Positions 54,646 to 64,000 of a stretch of 64,000 bases of DNA are shown piece after piece. The stretch lies in the IMG/VR virus record IMGVR_UViG_3300027708_000019. One strand, 5' to 3'. Within the stretch, counting starts at the first letter, position 1. Each line of letters starts with the position of its first letter. Made by a program: the position numbers and the translations under genes. The stretch comes from a virus. Under the pieces are notes generated by a model, which saw only the letters and a list, made by a program, of their open reading frames with translations, searched no databases and was not told the origin of the DNA.

Positions 54646-56226
54646 TTACTCTCCTTGTTGTTGGGCAGTTGGTGCTTCCTGTGCTTCAGGTGGAGCATTT
54701 TGCTGCAAATAATTTTGTTGGGCTGTTTGTGTAACACCAGCAACCATACCTTGATGGTCAGCTGCCACAACATCCAAATCTTTCTCAGTTTCAATCTGAG
54801 TCTGAATTTCTTTAATATCCTGATCAGTCAAGCGTAGGATCTTAGATTGGATATACTCTCTTGAGTAATATTTACCAACGAAAGGATCCATTTGTTGCAC
54901 CATTGCAACACGACCATTCACGATTTCATTTTCTTTTAGTTCTGAATAGTAATTATCTCTTACATAATCAAAACGAATATTCTTTTTAATTTCATCCCAC
55001 TCATCTTCACGAATGATTCCTTTAAGAATCAACTGAACACGAATTACCTCTAAAAACAACATAGAGAAACGTGCACGAAGTCTATCAATAAACTTTGAAA
55101 ACTTCACCTCATCACGAGATATTTCTGAAGATTTACCAAGATTGAAGCCATTTGATTCTTGGCTTTGTCTTGACATTGGGACGTTCAATGACATAAGCAA
55201 TTTTGTCTTGAAGTAAGTGACGTCATCCATCTGTCCTAGATTCTGACCACCCTGCAATGTTGTAATTTCTGTACCCTTGCCACCTTCGCGACGAGGCATC
55301 CAAAAATCTTCAAGCATTGACATATGCTTACGGTCATCTCTAATCTCACCAGTTGTTGCATCATAAACAAGTTTATTACGATACTTGTTCATAATATCAC
55401 GGATATATTGTTCCGCTTTAATCTTTGGTAAGTTACCCACGTCAATATAGAAAATACGACGTTCAGGCGCACGACTTACTCGATAGATAACGATTGAATC
55501 CTCAAGCATTTTTAACATGTTAACTGGCTTAATTGCCTTGTGTAAATAACTTAGAACCAAGTTCTTAGTTGTATCAACAAGACCAGATGTGCATGAAACA
55601 ACACTATCTGCGCTCAGTTTAACACCTTGTGCTGCTGAGTTTGTGATACCTTTGTCATTAAAAACATAATAATCTTTTATGTCAGTAATAACATCTGTAC
55701 CAGTTTGCTTTACACGCTCTTTCTTGACTTCTTTTACTTTACGAATCTTAAGAGCATCAATATAACGAAGTTCTTTGATACCTGCTTTTGGATCTTTCTC
55801 ATCAATCAATACTTGATAATGAGTTTTTCCATCAACATACCATGTTCTAAAAATGTCATGTCCCTTTTGGTGGAAACCCAAAAGAGCAAGGACATTAGTA
55901 AATTCGTCATTAAATTTTTTCTTGATATTGTCAGATAATTTGACAGAATCAAGATTAAGTTTGATTGGTGGTTGATTATCTACAACCACCAATGCTTCAT
56001 TTACGATATCTTCAATCGCAGCGTCAACTTCCGTATATCCTGCGATCTCTCTATACTTTCTAATTAAATCAACATCATTCTGTATAATTGTATCCGTATT
56101 AAGGACTTGCGCATAGTATCCAGCTTGTGATGCTACTAAGGCAGAACCATCATCAACTGGTGGGTTCACCACTGATTCTAGTTGTTCATCCTTCTTACGT
56201 TTTATTTCAAAGCCAAAAAATTGCAT
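54646..56226 (-). CDS. 20: Portal protein gp20
   Basis: WYVDG, RAPERRIFYIDVGNLP, EDFWMPRREGGKGTEI. Confidence 0.98.
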   Translation of the reverse strand: MQFFGFEIKRKKDEQLESVVNPPVDDGSALVASQAGYYAQVLNTDTIIQNDVDLIRKYREIAGYTEVDAAIEDIVNEALVVVDNQPPIKLNLDSVKLSDNIKKKFNDEFTNVLALLGFHQKGHDIFRTWYVDGKTHYQVLIDEKDPKAGIKELRYIDALKIRKVKEVKKERVKQTGTDVITDIKDYYVFNDKGITNSAAQGVKLSADSVVSCTSGLVDTTKNLVLSYLHKAIKPVNMLKMLEDSIVIYRVSRAPERRIFYIDVGNLPKIKAEQYIRDIMNKYRNKLVYDATTGEIRDDRKHMSMLEDFWMPRREGGKGTEITTLQGGQNLGQMDDVTYFKTKLLMSLNVPMSRQSQESNGFNLGKSSEISRDEVKFSKFIDRLRARFSMLFLEVIRVQLILKGIIREDEWDEIKKNIRFDYVRDNYYSELKENEIVNGRVAMVQQMDPFVGKYYSREYIQSKILRLTDQDIKEIQTQIETEKDLDVVAADHQGMVAGVTQTAQQNYLQQNAPPEAQEAPTAQQQGE

Positions 56227-56252
56227 AGTATCTCCACCAAAGCATTAATAAA

Positions 56253-56855
56253 TTAAATCGAAATAGGTACGTTAATTCCACCAATGTTGACGTTTGTCGA
56301 TGCTGAAACTAAACCACCTGTACCAGATGTACTTGTTTCTGATGTCCAGTAATTGTATTGGAAAGTTGTTGTAAACTCTTCAATTTGATTATTGGTATCA
56401 AAGTTAAGTTCAATTGCTGATAACTCTGTTGGGTATGCGTCAACAAACTTATAATGTTTAACTGGCGTACCATTACGATCTAGTTGATATACATCTAAGT
56501 CAACTTGGTAATCGCCAGGACGTAAACGACCTGTGTTATTTGCTACATCGTTAATACCATTCATCCATGATTCAAATGCATTACGTAATGCAAAGTCATT
56601 GTCATTGATGATAGTAACTGTCCAAGGTGCGAAAGTTCTTTCGCCAGCCAAGTTTACTTGACGACCACGGAAGTTAACTGGGGTGTTATCGATTGTTGAT
56701 GCTGGTAGTTGTGCGCCTTTACAAACGAATTGTCCTTTTGCGCTCAACAAAGCACCACCAGCCACATATCTTGGGAATGTTAACTGAACGAAAAACTGGT
56801 TCGCTCTAGCACCACCCCCAAGTAGATTGGCTTTAAATGCGTCAATATTTGCCAT
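56253..56855 (-). CDS. 19: Tail tube protein gp19
   Basis: GGARANQF, FRGR...AGERTF..W, EEFTTTF. Confidence 0.95.
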   Translation of the reverse strand: MANIDAFKANLLGGGARANQFFVQLTFPRYVAGGALLSAKGQFVCKGAQLPASTIDNTPVNFRGRQVNLAGERTFAPWTVTIINDNDFALRNAFESWMNGINDVANNTGRLRPGDYQVDLDVYQLDRNGTPVKHYKFVDAYPTELSAIELNFDTNNQIEEFTTTFQYNYWTSETSTSGTGGLVSASTNVNIGGINVPISI

Positions 56856-56879
56856 TTAATTTCTCTCCTGTTTATTGTT

Positions 56880-56886
56880 TATTTAG
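56880..56886 (-). promoter_or_regulatory. Late promoter variant CTAAATA
   Basis: Upstream of gp19. Confidence 0.6.
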
Positions 56887-56889
56887 GGG

Positions 56890-58971
56890 TTATCCACCGA
56901 TCTCATCAAACGAAACGCTTGTTCTAGCAGCAACAAAATTAAGAGTAATAAAGTTGATAGAACGAGCAGGTTTGATATAGATGTCAGCAACGAACTGATT
57001 GGTATCGATAATCTGACCAGTGTTGTTTGATTCATCACAAACAACTTTATAGTCATAGATACCACGGCGACCTTGAACATCACGTAGGAATGGCTCTACT
57101 AAGTTGCGGAATTGAGCACGAGTGAAACCATCGTTGAATTCGAACAACTGGAATTTAGCAGCTGTAGAGATTGACTTCTCAAGAATAATAAACAAGCGAC
57201 GCACGTTGATACGATCAAAAGCGGATGGCTTAGATTGTAGAGTTTTGTCACCAAACAACACAGTACCTTGTCCTGGGAATGTAGTTACTGGGTTGATACC
57301 ATTCTTGTAAAGTGTATCACGTTCTGCTTGACTTGGATTGTAAGAAAGTTTAACAACATTCTTAATTACACCACGATTATAACCACCTGGAGAGAACCAT
57401 GGGTCAGCAGTAAAGTCAGTACGAGCACATAGACCAGCTACGTCACCATTCAATGGTACATAGATGTATTTGTCATTATACTTATCGTACATATATTTGT
57501 AACCAGAGTCCATAGAAGCATATGAACTTGATGTGTTAACAGCATTTGAAGATGCAGTTCTGTAGCTGATCAAATTGTTAAACAATGTTGAAGTAGTACA
57601 GATTGTTAATGAAGAACCATCGTCCTTAGCAGCTGATACGAATGCGATACAATCTTTACGAACCTCAGCAACGCTTTGGATTACATAGTTAGCAACAACT
57701 GATTCAACTTCACCAGTAGCAATTAAACCGATGTCGATATTTTCTGTGTTAGTGAACAAACCGAAAGCAGTTTGTAAACCAGATTTGATAGCTGCATCAT
57801 GTGCTTTAGAAGAAACTGTATATCCGTCAACACCTTTACCGTTTGTCATAATAGCAAGAGCACCTGTTGACTCTGTCAAACTATAACCAAGGTATGTTGT
57901 ATATGGACGCTTAAATGTCTTAAACACTGTATTAGAACCCATACCAAGAGCATTAATGCTAACACCAAAAGCAGCAGCAGAAGATGTATTTTGATATGTA
58001 GTTGAAACAACTGCATCTAATTGTTGCATCAACCAAGCGTAATCAGAATTACGATTTAGTTGAGTTTTGTAGTAGTTAATTGTACCATCGTTTAACACAG
58101 CATCAGATGCTTTAGAAACAGCAGTAAATTTCTCTAGTATTTGTCCTTGAACACCAGTAAAGTAACCAAGACGATCAACAACAACAATGTGCATTTCATC
58201 TTTAGCAGAAGAATAACCATTGTTAGATAGGTATGTTGATGTTGCTGGAGCTGTTACGAATGAATCATAGTATTCCCACTTGAACACGATTGACACGATA
58301 CCAGAAGCAATCGCTGGGTTAGATGTTAGAGTAGCAGCTGATGCGCTAGTGATAGAAGCAATAGCAGATGTACCCAACAGAGTACCAGTACCTGCAGAAC
58401 CTGACCAGAACTGAACTACTGTACCAACAGCAGCTTGAGTAGTTAGAGCACCACCAGTGATTGACAATGCTGTTGAGTTTTGTGTAGCAGCAATAGTACC
58501 TGTAGCTGTTTGGCTGAACGAATCAGCATCAGCAACAGAAATCTTCAATGAGTTACCCATTGAACCTGGATACTTAGCAATTGTTGACACTGTTGTTGCT
58601 GAATAACTTGCGTAGTTAGCAACATAGTCATCTGAACTCTTAACTGTAACTGCAGTAACATCTTCAGACTGAGCATTAAACGCAGTCGGAACACCAGATG
58701 AGTATGGCAAAGCACGAACAACTACCATATTGCTTGAATATGATAGGAAGTTTGCTGCAGTAAAGAATGAGCGAGCAATAAAATCATTAACACCTACTGG
58801 TTTACCAAATGTAGATGCTAAATCTGCTTCAGATCCTAATGTTAGTGCTTGTTCGGCAGGTCCCCAGCGGAAAAATCCAGCTGTTGCGCCTACAGAGGCA
58901 GCGATTTGAGGAATTACCAGAGAGAGATCTTTCTCTACAACTGATATTCCTGGAGAAACTTGAAATGGCAT
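56890..58971 (-). CDS. 18: Tail sheath protein gp18
   Basis: SPGI...E.D, WFSPGG.NRG, FDRINVRRLF, IKPARSINFI. Confidence 0.97.
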   Translation of the reverse strand: MPFQVSPGISVVEKDLSLVIPQIAASVGATAGFFRWGPAEQALTLGSEADLASTFGKPVGVNDFIARSFFTAANFLSYSSNMVVVRALPYSSGVPTAFNAQSEDVTAVTVKSSDDYVANYASYSATTVSTIAKYPGSMGNSLKISVADADSFSQTATGTIAATQNSTALSITGGALTTQAAVGTVVQFWSGSAGTGTLLGTSAIASITSASAATLTSNPAIASGIVSIVFKWEYYDSFVTAPATSTYLSNNGYSSAKDEMHIVVVDRLGYFTGVQGQILEKFTAVSKASDAVLNDGTINYYKTQLNRNSDYAWLMQQLDAVVSTTYQNTSSAAAFGVSINALGMGSNTVFKTFKRPYTTYLGYSLTESTGALAIMTNGKGVDGYTVSSKAHDAAIKSGLQTAFGLFTNTENIDIGLIATGEVESVVANYVIQSVAEVRKDCIAFVSAAKDDGSSLTICTTSTLFNNLISYRTASSNAVNTSSSYASMDSGYKYMYDKYNDKYIYVPLNGDVAGLCARTDFTADPWFSPGGYNRGVIKNVVKLSYNPSQAERDTLYKNGINPVTTFPGQGTVLFGDKTLQSKPSAFDRINVRRLFIILEKSISTAAKFQLFEFNDGFTRAQFRNLVEPFLRDVQGRRGIYDYKVVCDESNNTGQIIDTNQFVADIYIKPARSINFITLNFVAARTSVSFDEIGG

Positions 58972-59031
58972 GGCTATATCTCCTTGATACGATTATTTGT
59001 CGTTGTTAAACAACCCTATGTTTCATCTTTT

Positions 59032-59038
59032 TATTTAG
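59032..59038 (-). promoter_or_regulatory. Late promoter variant CTAAATA
   Basis: Upstream of gp18. Confidence 0.6.
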
Positions 59039-59051
59039 TAATTTGGTGATT

Positions 59052-60635
59052 TCAGAAGTTTTGAATCACTTCTTCTGGTCTTCCATCATCAATAAACCCA
59101 AATGGAGTCAATTCTTCTTCAATCGCTTTCATTTGTTTTTCGTACATACTCTTTCTCAGATTAACATCTTTAATGCTTAAATCTTTGAAATACGTATTTG
59201 TTGTCAACCAACCAAATAACACCAATGGCATAACCAAGTCATCGTGATACCCATCATCGGCTTCGTAGGATCCCTTTTTCTCAATAAATGTTGATATTTC
59301 AGAAATTGTATCGATATCGTTTACAATCAATTTATTTTCTTCAACCATACTCTTAAAATTGTGGCAACCGATGCGTTTTACACGCTTATCTGTATTTACC
59401 CCAAACTGAACCTTACCTCCACCAAAACCACCTGAGACAACTTGACCCATGGTAGTTCTATTTACGAAAATTATATTTTCATACATTAGTTCATCGTGCA
59501 AGATGTAAGCAACCTGTTCGCTAATGTTAATTTCAATTAATACATATGCATCATTATAGTCTGTCGCAATCTTATGTATTACGTTAGGATACAACAGAGG
59601 ACTTATCTTATTGTTTCTATACTTACCAACCATTTTATAAGGCAACTCTGTCATGTCAACAATCACAAATGCAGAGTAGTCACCACCAACACCTTTAGCG
59701 ATGTCAGCAATAATACAGTACTGGTGTCCTTTCTTAGGATACTCAGTTAAATCTAAACCATCTTTAGTATGTATAATTTCATCTGGGGATAGTTTAGCAA
59801 TAGTAGATGCATCAACAAGGGTTAAACTAGAACCCAAGAATTTACACATTACCTCTTGGTTGTATTTCAACTCACCAAGTTGACGACGCTGTTCTTCAGC
59901 CCATGCTTCATCACGTCCTGGAATTTTCCAGTAAGGAATGAACATAGGAACAAAGTCATTACGACCTTTCTCTGCATCGTTCCAGAATTTCCAGAAGTGA
60001 TTATAACCCAATGGAGTTGAGGTAATCAAAATCTTAGATGTCGTACCAGCAGAGATCGTTGGATAGACAGAAGTAAAGAAAGATTCAGCAACAGTATTCG
60101 GAATAATCGCTGCTTCGTCAATATACAACAAGTTAACTGACTTAGAACGAATACCAGCTGCTGTTGTTGCAGCAGTAAATACCTTTGAACCATTCTCTAA
60201 TTCAACATCTCCCTTGTTCCAAGTAGTTACCCCCTGCTGCATCCAAAGTGGCAAATTCTCGTACATTAATTGATATCTAGAGAGAATTTCACGAGCAGTT
60301 GATGCTTTATTGGCCAAAATCGCCACGTTTTTGCTACCCTGAAACAAAGTGTACCATAATATATATGCAGCTGCAGTTGTTGTTTTACCTTGCTGACGAC
60401 CTTCCATAATAATAACTTTACGATTATTATGGATCGTTTCAATTTTTTCTTTTTGACATTCGTATAATTTAAACTGTTGTAAACCTTTGTCAATCGTAAC
60501 AATGTAACAATAATTATCTACAAAATAAACTGGGTCTTGCGAACATTTGATGTATTCTTGGATGTTCTCTTGAGTAAACTCAACAACAACACCAGCAGCT
60601 TTTAAATTCGAATTAGCATTATATGTTTTTGCCAT
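59052..60635 (-). CDS. 17: Terminase large subunit gp17
   Basis: RQQGKTT, YIDEAA, TSTPLG, DYSAF, HDDLVM. Confidence 0.97.
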   Translation of the reverse strand: MAKTYNANSNLKAAGVVVEFTQENIQEYIKCSQDPVYFVDNYCYIVTIDKGLQQFKLYECQKEKIETIHNNRKVIIMEGRQQGKTTTAAAYILWYTLFQGSKNVAILANKASTAREILSRYQLMYENLPLWMQQGVTTWNKGDVELENGSKVFTAATTAAGIRSKSVNLLYIDEAAIIPNTVAESFFTSVYPTISAGTTSKILITSTPLGYNHFWKFWNDAEKGRNDFVPMFIPYWKIPGRDEAWAEEQRRQLGELKYNQEVMCKFLGSSLTLVDASTIAKLSPDEIIHTKDGLDLTEYPKKGHQYCIIADIAKGVGGDYSAFVIVDMTELPYKMVGKYRNNKISPLLYPNVIHKIATDYNDAYVLIEINISEQVAYILHDELMYENIIFVNRTTMGQVVSGGFGGGKVQFGVNTDKRVKRIGCHNFKSMVEENKLIVNDIDTISEISTFIEKKGSYEADDGYHDDLVMPLVLFGWLTTNTYFKDLSIKDVNLRKSMYEKQMKAIEEELTPFGFIDDGRPEEVIQNF

Positions 60636-61424
60636 TTAGAAATCGCCCAATGTCCAACTTTGCGTTACAGGAATAGGATCTGTTCCTACTGGTGTAGTTG
60701 ATGGAGTAACAGAAGAACTAAATGTCTCAAGTGTTTGATTAACAGCTGCGCCAGCAACATCAGTAGTTGGGTTAATAACAGTAGCAGTAACTGTCTTAAT
60801 AACCTTAGAAGTTGTAATTGGTCCAAACATTTGCGTTTTCATTGTAAATGTTAGAGTATAAATTACAGATCTTTTTGTTTCAAACTGACCATCGTAGTCA
60901 TCTGTCAATGATACTGAATTTAAAACTGTAGGAACATCATATGTATAACCCATATCTGGGTCCAAATTAACAGTCACATTATAATGTGGTGTAAAGAAAG
61001 GAAGAATCTGCTCAACAATTTGAAGAGCATCTTCTTGTGTTTTTGCTAAGATGTATAATTGAATAGACAAGTTATATGGAACAGGAACAAACTGTTCACG
61101 TCTTACTGTTCCATCTGTTGTATCTTGCACAGCAAGTTTGTTAATTGAGTGTAGTTTTCTTGCGTTATCGTATTGAAAATCTGTAATTTCAAAAGTCATT
61201 CTTGGCAACACAATCTCGATCGGACGATTGTTATCTAAATCTGGATCCATCTCAGTACGAACCAACCATTTTTCTTTTGGTCCATATGTGATTGGCACTT
61301 TGATAAATTGATTGTCTGTGCCATCAAGATTATCTCTTTTTACATAGATATCATTGAACAGTTTACCGAAAACGATAATGCTATTTTTTACTGTTGAGAA
61401 ATAAAAATGTGAATGATTAAGCAT
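60636..61424 (-). CDS. 15: Tail sheath stabiliser gp15
   Basis: FGKLFNDI, VPITYGPKEK, QIVEQILPFF. Confidence 0.93.
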   Translation of the reverse strand: MLNHSHFYFSTVKNSIIVFGKLFNDIYVKRDNLDGTDNQFIKVPITYGPKEKWLVRTEMDPDLDNNRPIEIVLPRMTFEITDFQYDNARKLHSINKLAVQDTTDGTVRREQFVPVPYNLSIQLYILAKTQEDALQIVEQILPFFTPHYNVTVNLDPDMGYTYDVPTVLNSVSLTDDYDGQFETKRSVIYTLTFTMKTQMFGPITTSKVIKTVTATVINPTTDVAGAAVNQTLETFSSSVTPSTTPVGTDPIPVTQSWTLGDF

Positions 61425-62136
61425 CGTTTACTTCTCCGAATGGATTTGTTTCATCAAAATCGATTAATCCTGAACCTGCGACATCAAGATTAGTATTATC
61501 TGTTTGATCAGTTGTTGGTCCAGTTGCGTCCTCTGATGAAATATCTAAACCAGATTCGGTATCAAATATTTCTCCATGTTCAGCACGGATATAAGGTTGA
61601 TCATATGTGAAGTTATCTTCAATTGCATCAATCTCAGCAACACCAGTTTCAAGTTTCTCACTAGCATACTGGAATGTTTCAATTCTTAACTTGTAAACAT
61701 ACAATTTACCAAGCTGATAGAATGGGTCTTCGTGTTCTACGAAACGAACCTCAAACAATTTCTTTGTGAGTGGAAAATAAATCAAGTCGCCCTCTGCTGG
61801 ACGTGTAAGTCTTGTTACATTATGACGTGCAATTTCTTTTTCCCAAGTGCGACGAGCAACTACTAATGTTGCTGATTTCTCTACTTCAATACCAAACTTT
61901 TGTAAAAATGTTCCTTGACCTTGGAAGTCATCAACATCTTCAAAATACATTTCTATTTGATAGGCTGCTTCGAATTTAGAAAGCACATCTTCACCAAACA
62001 CGATATCCTTGGCAACAAGAATACGTGGAATGTAGTACACGTCCTGACCATAAATCTTAAGAGACTCAACGATTAAGTCTTCTACTAGATATTGTTCAGA
62101 TCGTGTTCCTTGTGTGAAGTATACATTTCTAGCCAT
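61417..62136 (-). CDS. 14: Neck protein gp14
   Basis: YGQDVYYIPR, PAEGDLIYFP, PFYQLGK, NPFG. Confidence 0.93.
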   Translation of the reverse strand: MARNVYFTQGTRSEQYLVEDLIVESLKIYGQDVYYIPRILVAKDIVFGEDVLSKFEAAYQIEMYFEDVDDFQGQGTFLQKFGIEVEKSATLVVARRTWEKEIARHNVTRLTRPAEGDLIYFPLTKKLFEVRFVEHEDPFYQLGKLYVYKLRIETFQYASEKLETGVAEIDAIEDNFTYDQPYIRAEHGEIFDTESGLDISSEDATGPTTDQTDNTNLDVAGSGLIDFDETNPFGEVNDA

Positions 62137-62137
62137 T

Positions 62138-62893
62138 TCATCCTACCATAAAGTCTGCTGGCAATGAGAACATAGTTTGAATTTCTTGTTCCAACTCTTC
62201 TTTTTCTTGAACTGCTTCGGCATATAATTTATCGCCATCAAGAGTAACGCCACCTGGAAGAGCAATACCAGAAAACTTTTTAATATTTGTTGCCCATTGT
62301 TTTTTAATTAAACAAGTAGCATAACGCTTCAACCAAATATCATTCCAAACACTAGCCCACAATTCTGGATCCATAGCACGATAGCAGTCTACAATAATAT
62401 ACATACTAGAATCCAATTCATCACTCCATGATTGATCGATATACAAACGATTTTGATGTTTGTTAAATCTTAATGGCTTTGATCCATTTAACAATAAGTC
62501 AAGAGTAGCAATATAATCGCGAACTGTGTTGTAGTAAACAAGACTTGTGTTTGTTAAATCATATAGATCGTTAAGACGTAGTTGGTATTGTAGGTTAAAC
62601 AAACCATCAGTACCACCAGAAGCAGTATTATCACCAGAGTATGGGAAAATATTACGAACACCAATAATCAGTTCGTTGAGAGGAATATATCCGTTGGTGA
62701 TATCTGTTTGTGTTACTTGATACTTGAGATAAATGCGTTCAACACCATCATAATGGAATTCTTGAAAGTATTGAAGTGCTTCGTCTATACGATCAGAAAC
62801 TTGATCGTCGTCTACGTTAATTTCGACTACTGGTGCTCCAAGTTTACGGAGCACGTAATCAATTAAAGTATCTCTAGTAGTTGGGTGTGCCAT
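62138..62893 (-). CDS. 13: Neck protein gp13
   Basis: LRKLGAPVVEINVDDDQ, LPGGVTLDG; start MAHPT. Confidence 0.93.
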   Translation of the reverse strand: MAHPTTRDTLIDYVLRKLGAPVVEINVDDDQVSDRIDEALQYFQEFHYDGVERIYLKYQVTQTDITNGYIPLNELIIGVRNIFPYSGDNTASGGTDGLFNLQYQLRLNDLYDLTNTSLVYYNTVRDYIATLDLLLNGSKPLRFNKHQNRLYIDQSWSDELDSSMYIIVDCYRAMDPELWASVWNDIWLKRYATCLIKKQWATNIKKFSGIALPGGVTLDGDKLYAEAVQEKEELEQEIQTMFSLPADFMVG

Positions 62894-62894
62894 A

Positions 62895-64000
62895 TTACGC
62901 TTGTGCCTCTGTCCAAGATAAACGAGAAGCGATATTACCTGGAGGTGCAACAATTAGCGTACCATTAATACCGCTAGTTGAGTTCTTAGAGAATGCTAAA
63001 TCAAAACCACCACCTGATTTTGCTGTAATTGCTTGTACAACAGAACCAACAGGAATACCACCATTTGATTGGAAAACAACCCAACCTAAGTTAATACCAG
63101 TAACATCACCAACAGTAACAATTGGTGAACCAGTTGTTGTAACTGTTGGATTTACTACAATTGGTGTTGCCACGTTTGACGCAACAACAGTAATAATATC
63201 TGGACCATCAGGATAGATACCAGTACCAGAACTGAGTGTTAGAGTATTAGTAGTACCACCACCAAGAATAGAATTACCCAAATCACGAACTGGTGTTAAA
63301 TCAAAAGATGTAACAGCATATGCGCTACCACCACCACCTTGATCCGTATAGAACGCAAAGATTGTTTCGCCACCAGTAATCTGAGTACCAGTTGGGTGAT
63401 AAGCAATTTGTGATAAACTTGAACCACCAACTGCTTGGAATGTTGGTGCATTTGTAACAAATTTTGGATTCAAAACGATACGTACGAAGAACGCACCATT
63501 GGTTGTAATACCAAGTGAGTTTAATTTTAACTGCATTCTGTTAACAAGTTCTTTATATCCAAGAACACCAGTTGAGCCATTATCAACAGAAGGCGACATA
63601 CGCAAACTAATAACAGCGTTCAAAGTTGATGTGTAGTTTGTAATGTAAGCTGAATTACCTGCCGTGAAAACCAAAGATTTATCGTCATCGAAACGACCAT
63701 CCATAATTACAGAAGTGCCCCAGTGGTTAGCTGTTGGTGAGAATTGTTGAGTATGTAAATAAACAGGAATCGCAGGTCCAGAACTACTATATGTATGCGT
63801 TGGTCCGTTGTTGTTTGAACTGTTAAAGTTACTACTCATTGAGTAGATGATAAAATCACTAATACTAGCAGTGGCAGTACATGCTTGGCTCAACTCAATT
63901 GTTGAGTTTGTTTGATTGTAGCCAGTAATATATGTGTTTTCTGGAATACCTGTTCCTGTTACATAACAGCCAACTGGTACCATGTTAGCAGAGTTACCAA
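62895..64000 (-). CDS. Large virion structural protein (C-terminal part; start lies outside the window)
   Basis: HWGTSVIMDGRFDDD, PSVDNG, LGNSILGG, PDGPD, SWTEAQA; upstream of gp13. Confidence 0.65.
   Translation of the reverse strand, partial: GNSANMVPVGCYVTGTGIPENTYITGYNQTNSTIELSQACTATASISDFIIYSMSSNFNSSNNNGPTHTYSSSGPAIPVYLHTQQFSPTANHWGTSVIMDGRFDDDKSLVFTAGNSAYITNYTSTLNAVISLRMSPSVDNGSTGVLGYKELVNRMQLKLNSLGITTNGAFFVRIVLNPKFVTNAPTFQAVGGSSLSQIAYHPTGTQITGGETIFAFYTDQGGGGSAYAVTSFDLTPVRDLGNSILGGGTTNTLTLSSGTGIYPDGPDIITVVASNVATPIVVNPTVTTTGSPIVTVGDVTGINLGWVVFQSNGGIPVGSVVQAITAKSGGGFDLAFSKNSTSGINGTLIVAPPGNIASRLSWTEAQA

Noticed and set aside
1380-63216. Numerous plus-strand ORFs in the track
   Set aside because: They are antisense shadows of well-supported minus-strand genes and show no recognisable motifs.

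Overview
A 64-kb segment of a T4-like (Tevenvirinae-like, probably aquatic) myovirus genome, with essentially all real genes on the minus strand. In transcription order (right to left): neck, terminase, tail and head module (gp13-14-15-17-18-19-20-21-22-23-3); uvsY/uvsW/gp55/gp47/gp46; a hypervariable early region (about 29.9-42 kb) of small genes behind repeated consensus sigma70 promoters, nine of them (eight here, one at 9.9 kb) paired with a conserved ATAACCCTAC-N5-GTAGGGTTAT palindrome; CobS/CobT-like genes; gp45/44/62/regA; hsp20; dexA/gp43/uvsX/gp41; a TET/JBP dioxygenase, glycosyltransferase and nuclease cluster; a cluster of putative capsid-packaged nucleotidyltransferases; and tail fibre genes. 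Main observations: (1) a 23-aa ORF below the ORF-track cutoff, [23 protein letters not shown] (23307-23378, minus), that looks like a phage-encoded PqqA (PQQ precursor), with a late promoter upstream and a pseudoknot-rich candidate ncRNA downstream; (2) TET and glycosyltransferase proteins that both end in LDEFF, resembling the sliding-clamp-binding tail of the polymerase; (3) the palindrome-promoter cassette array, in which the palindrome often supplies the stop codon of the upstream gene. All calls come from reading motifs and synteny by eye; no database searches were run.
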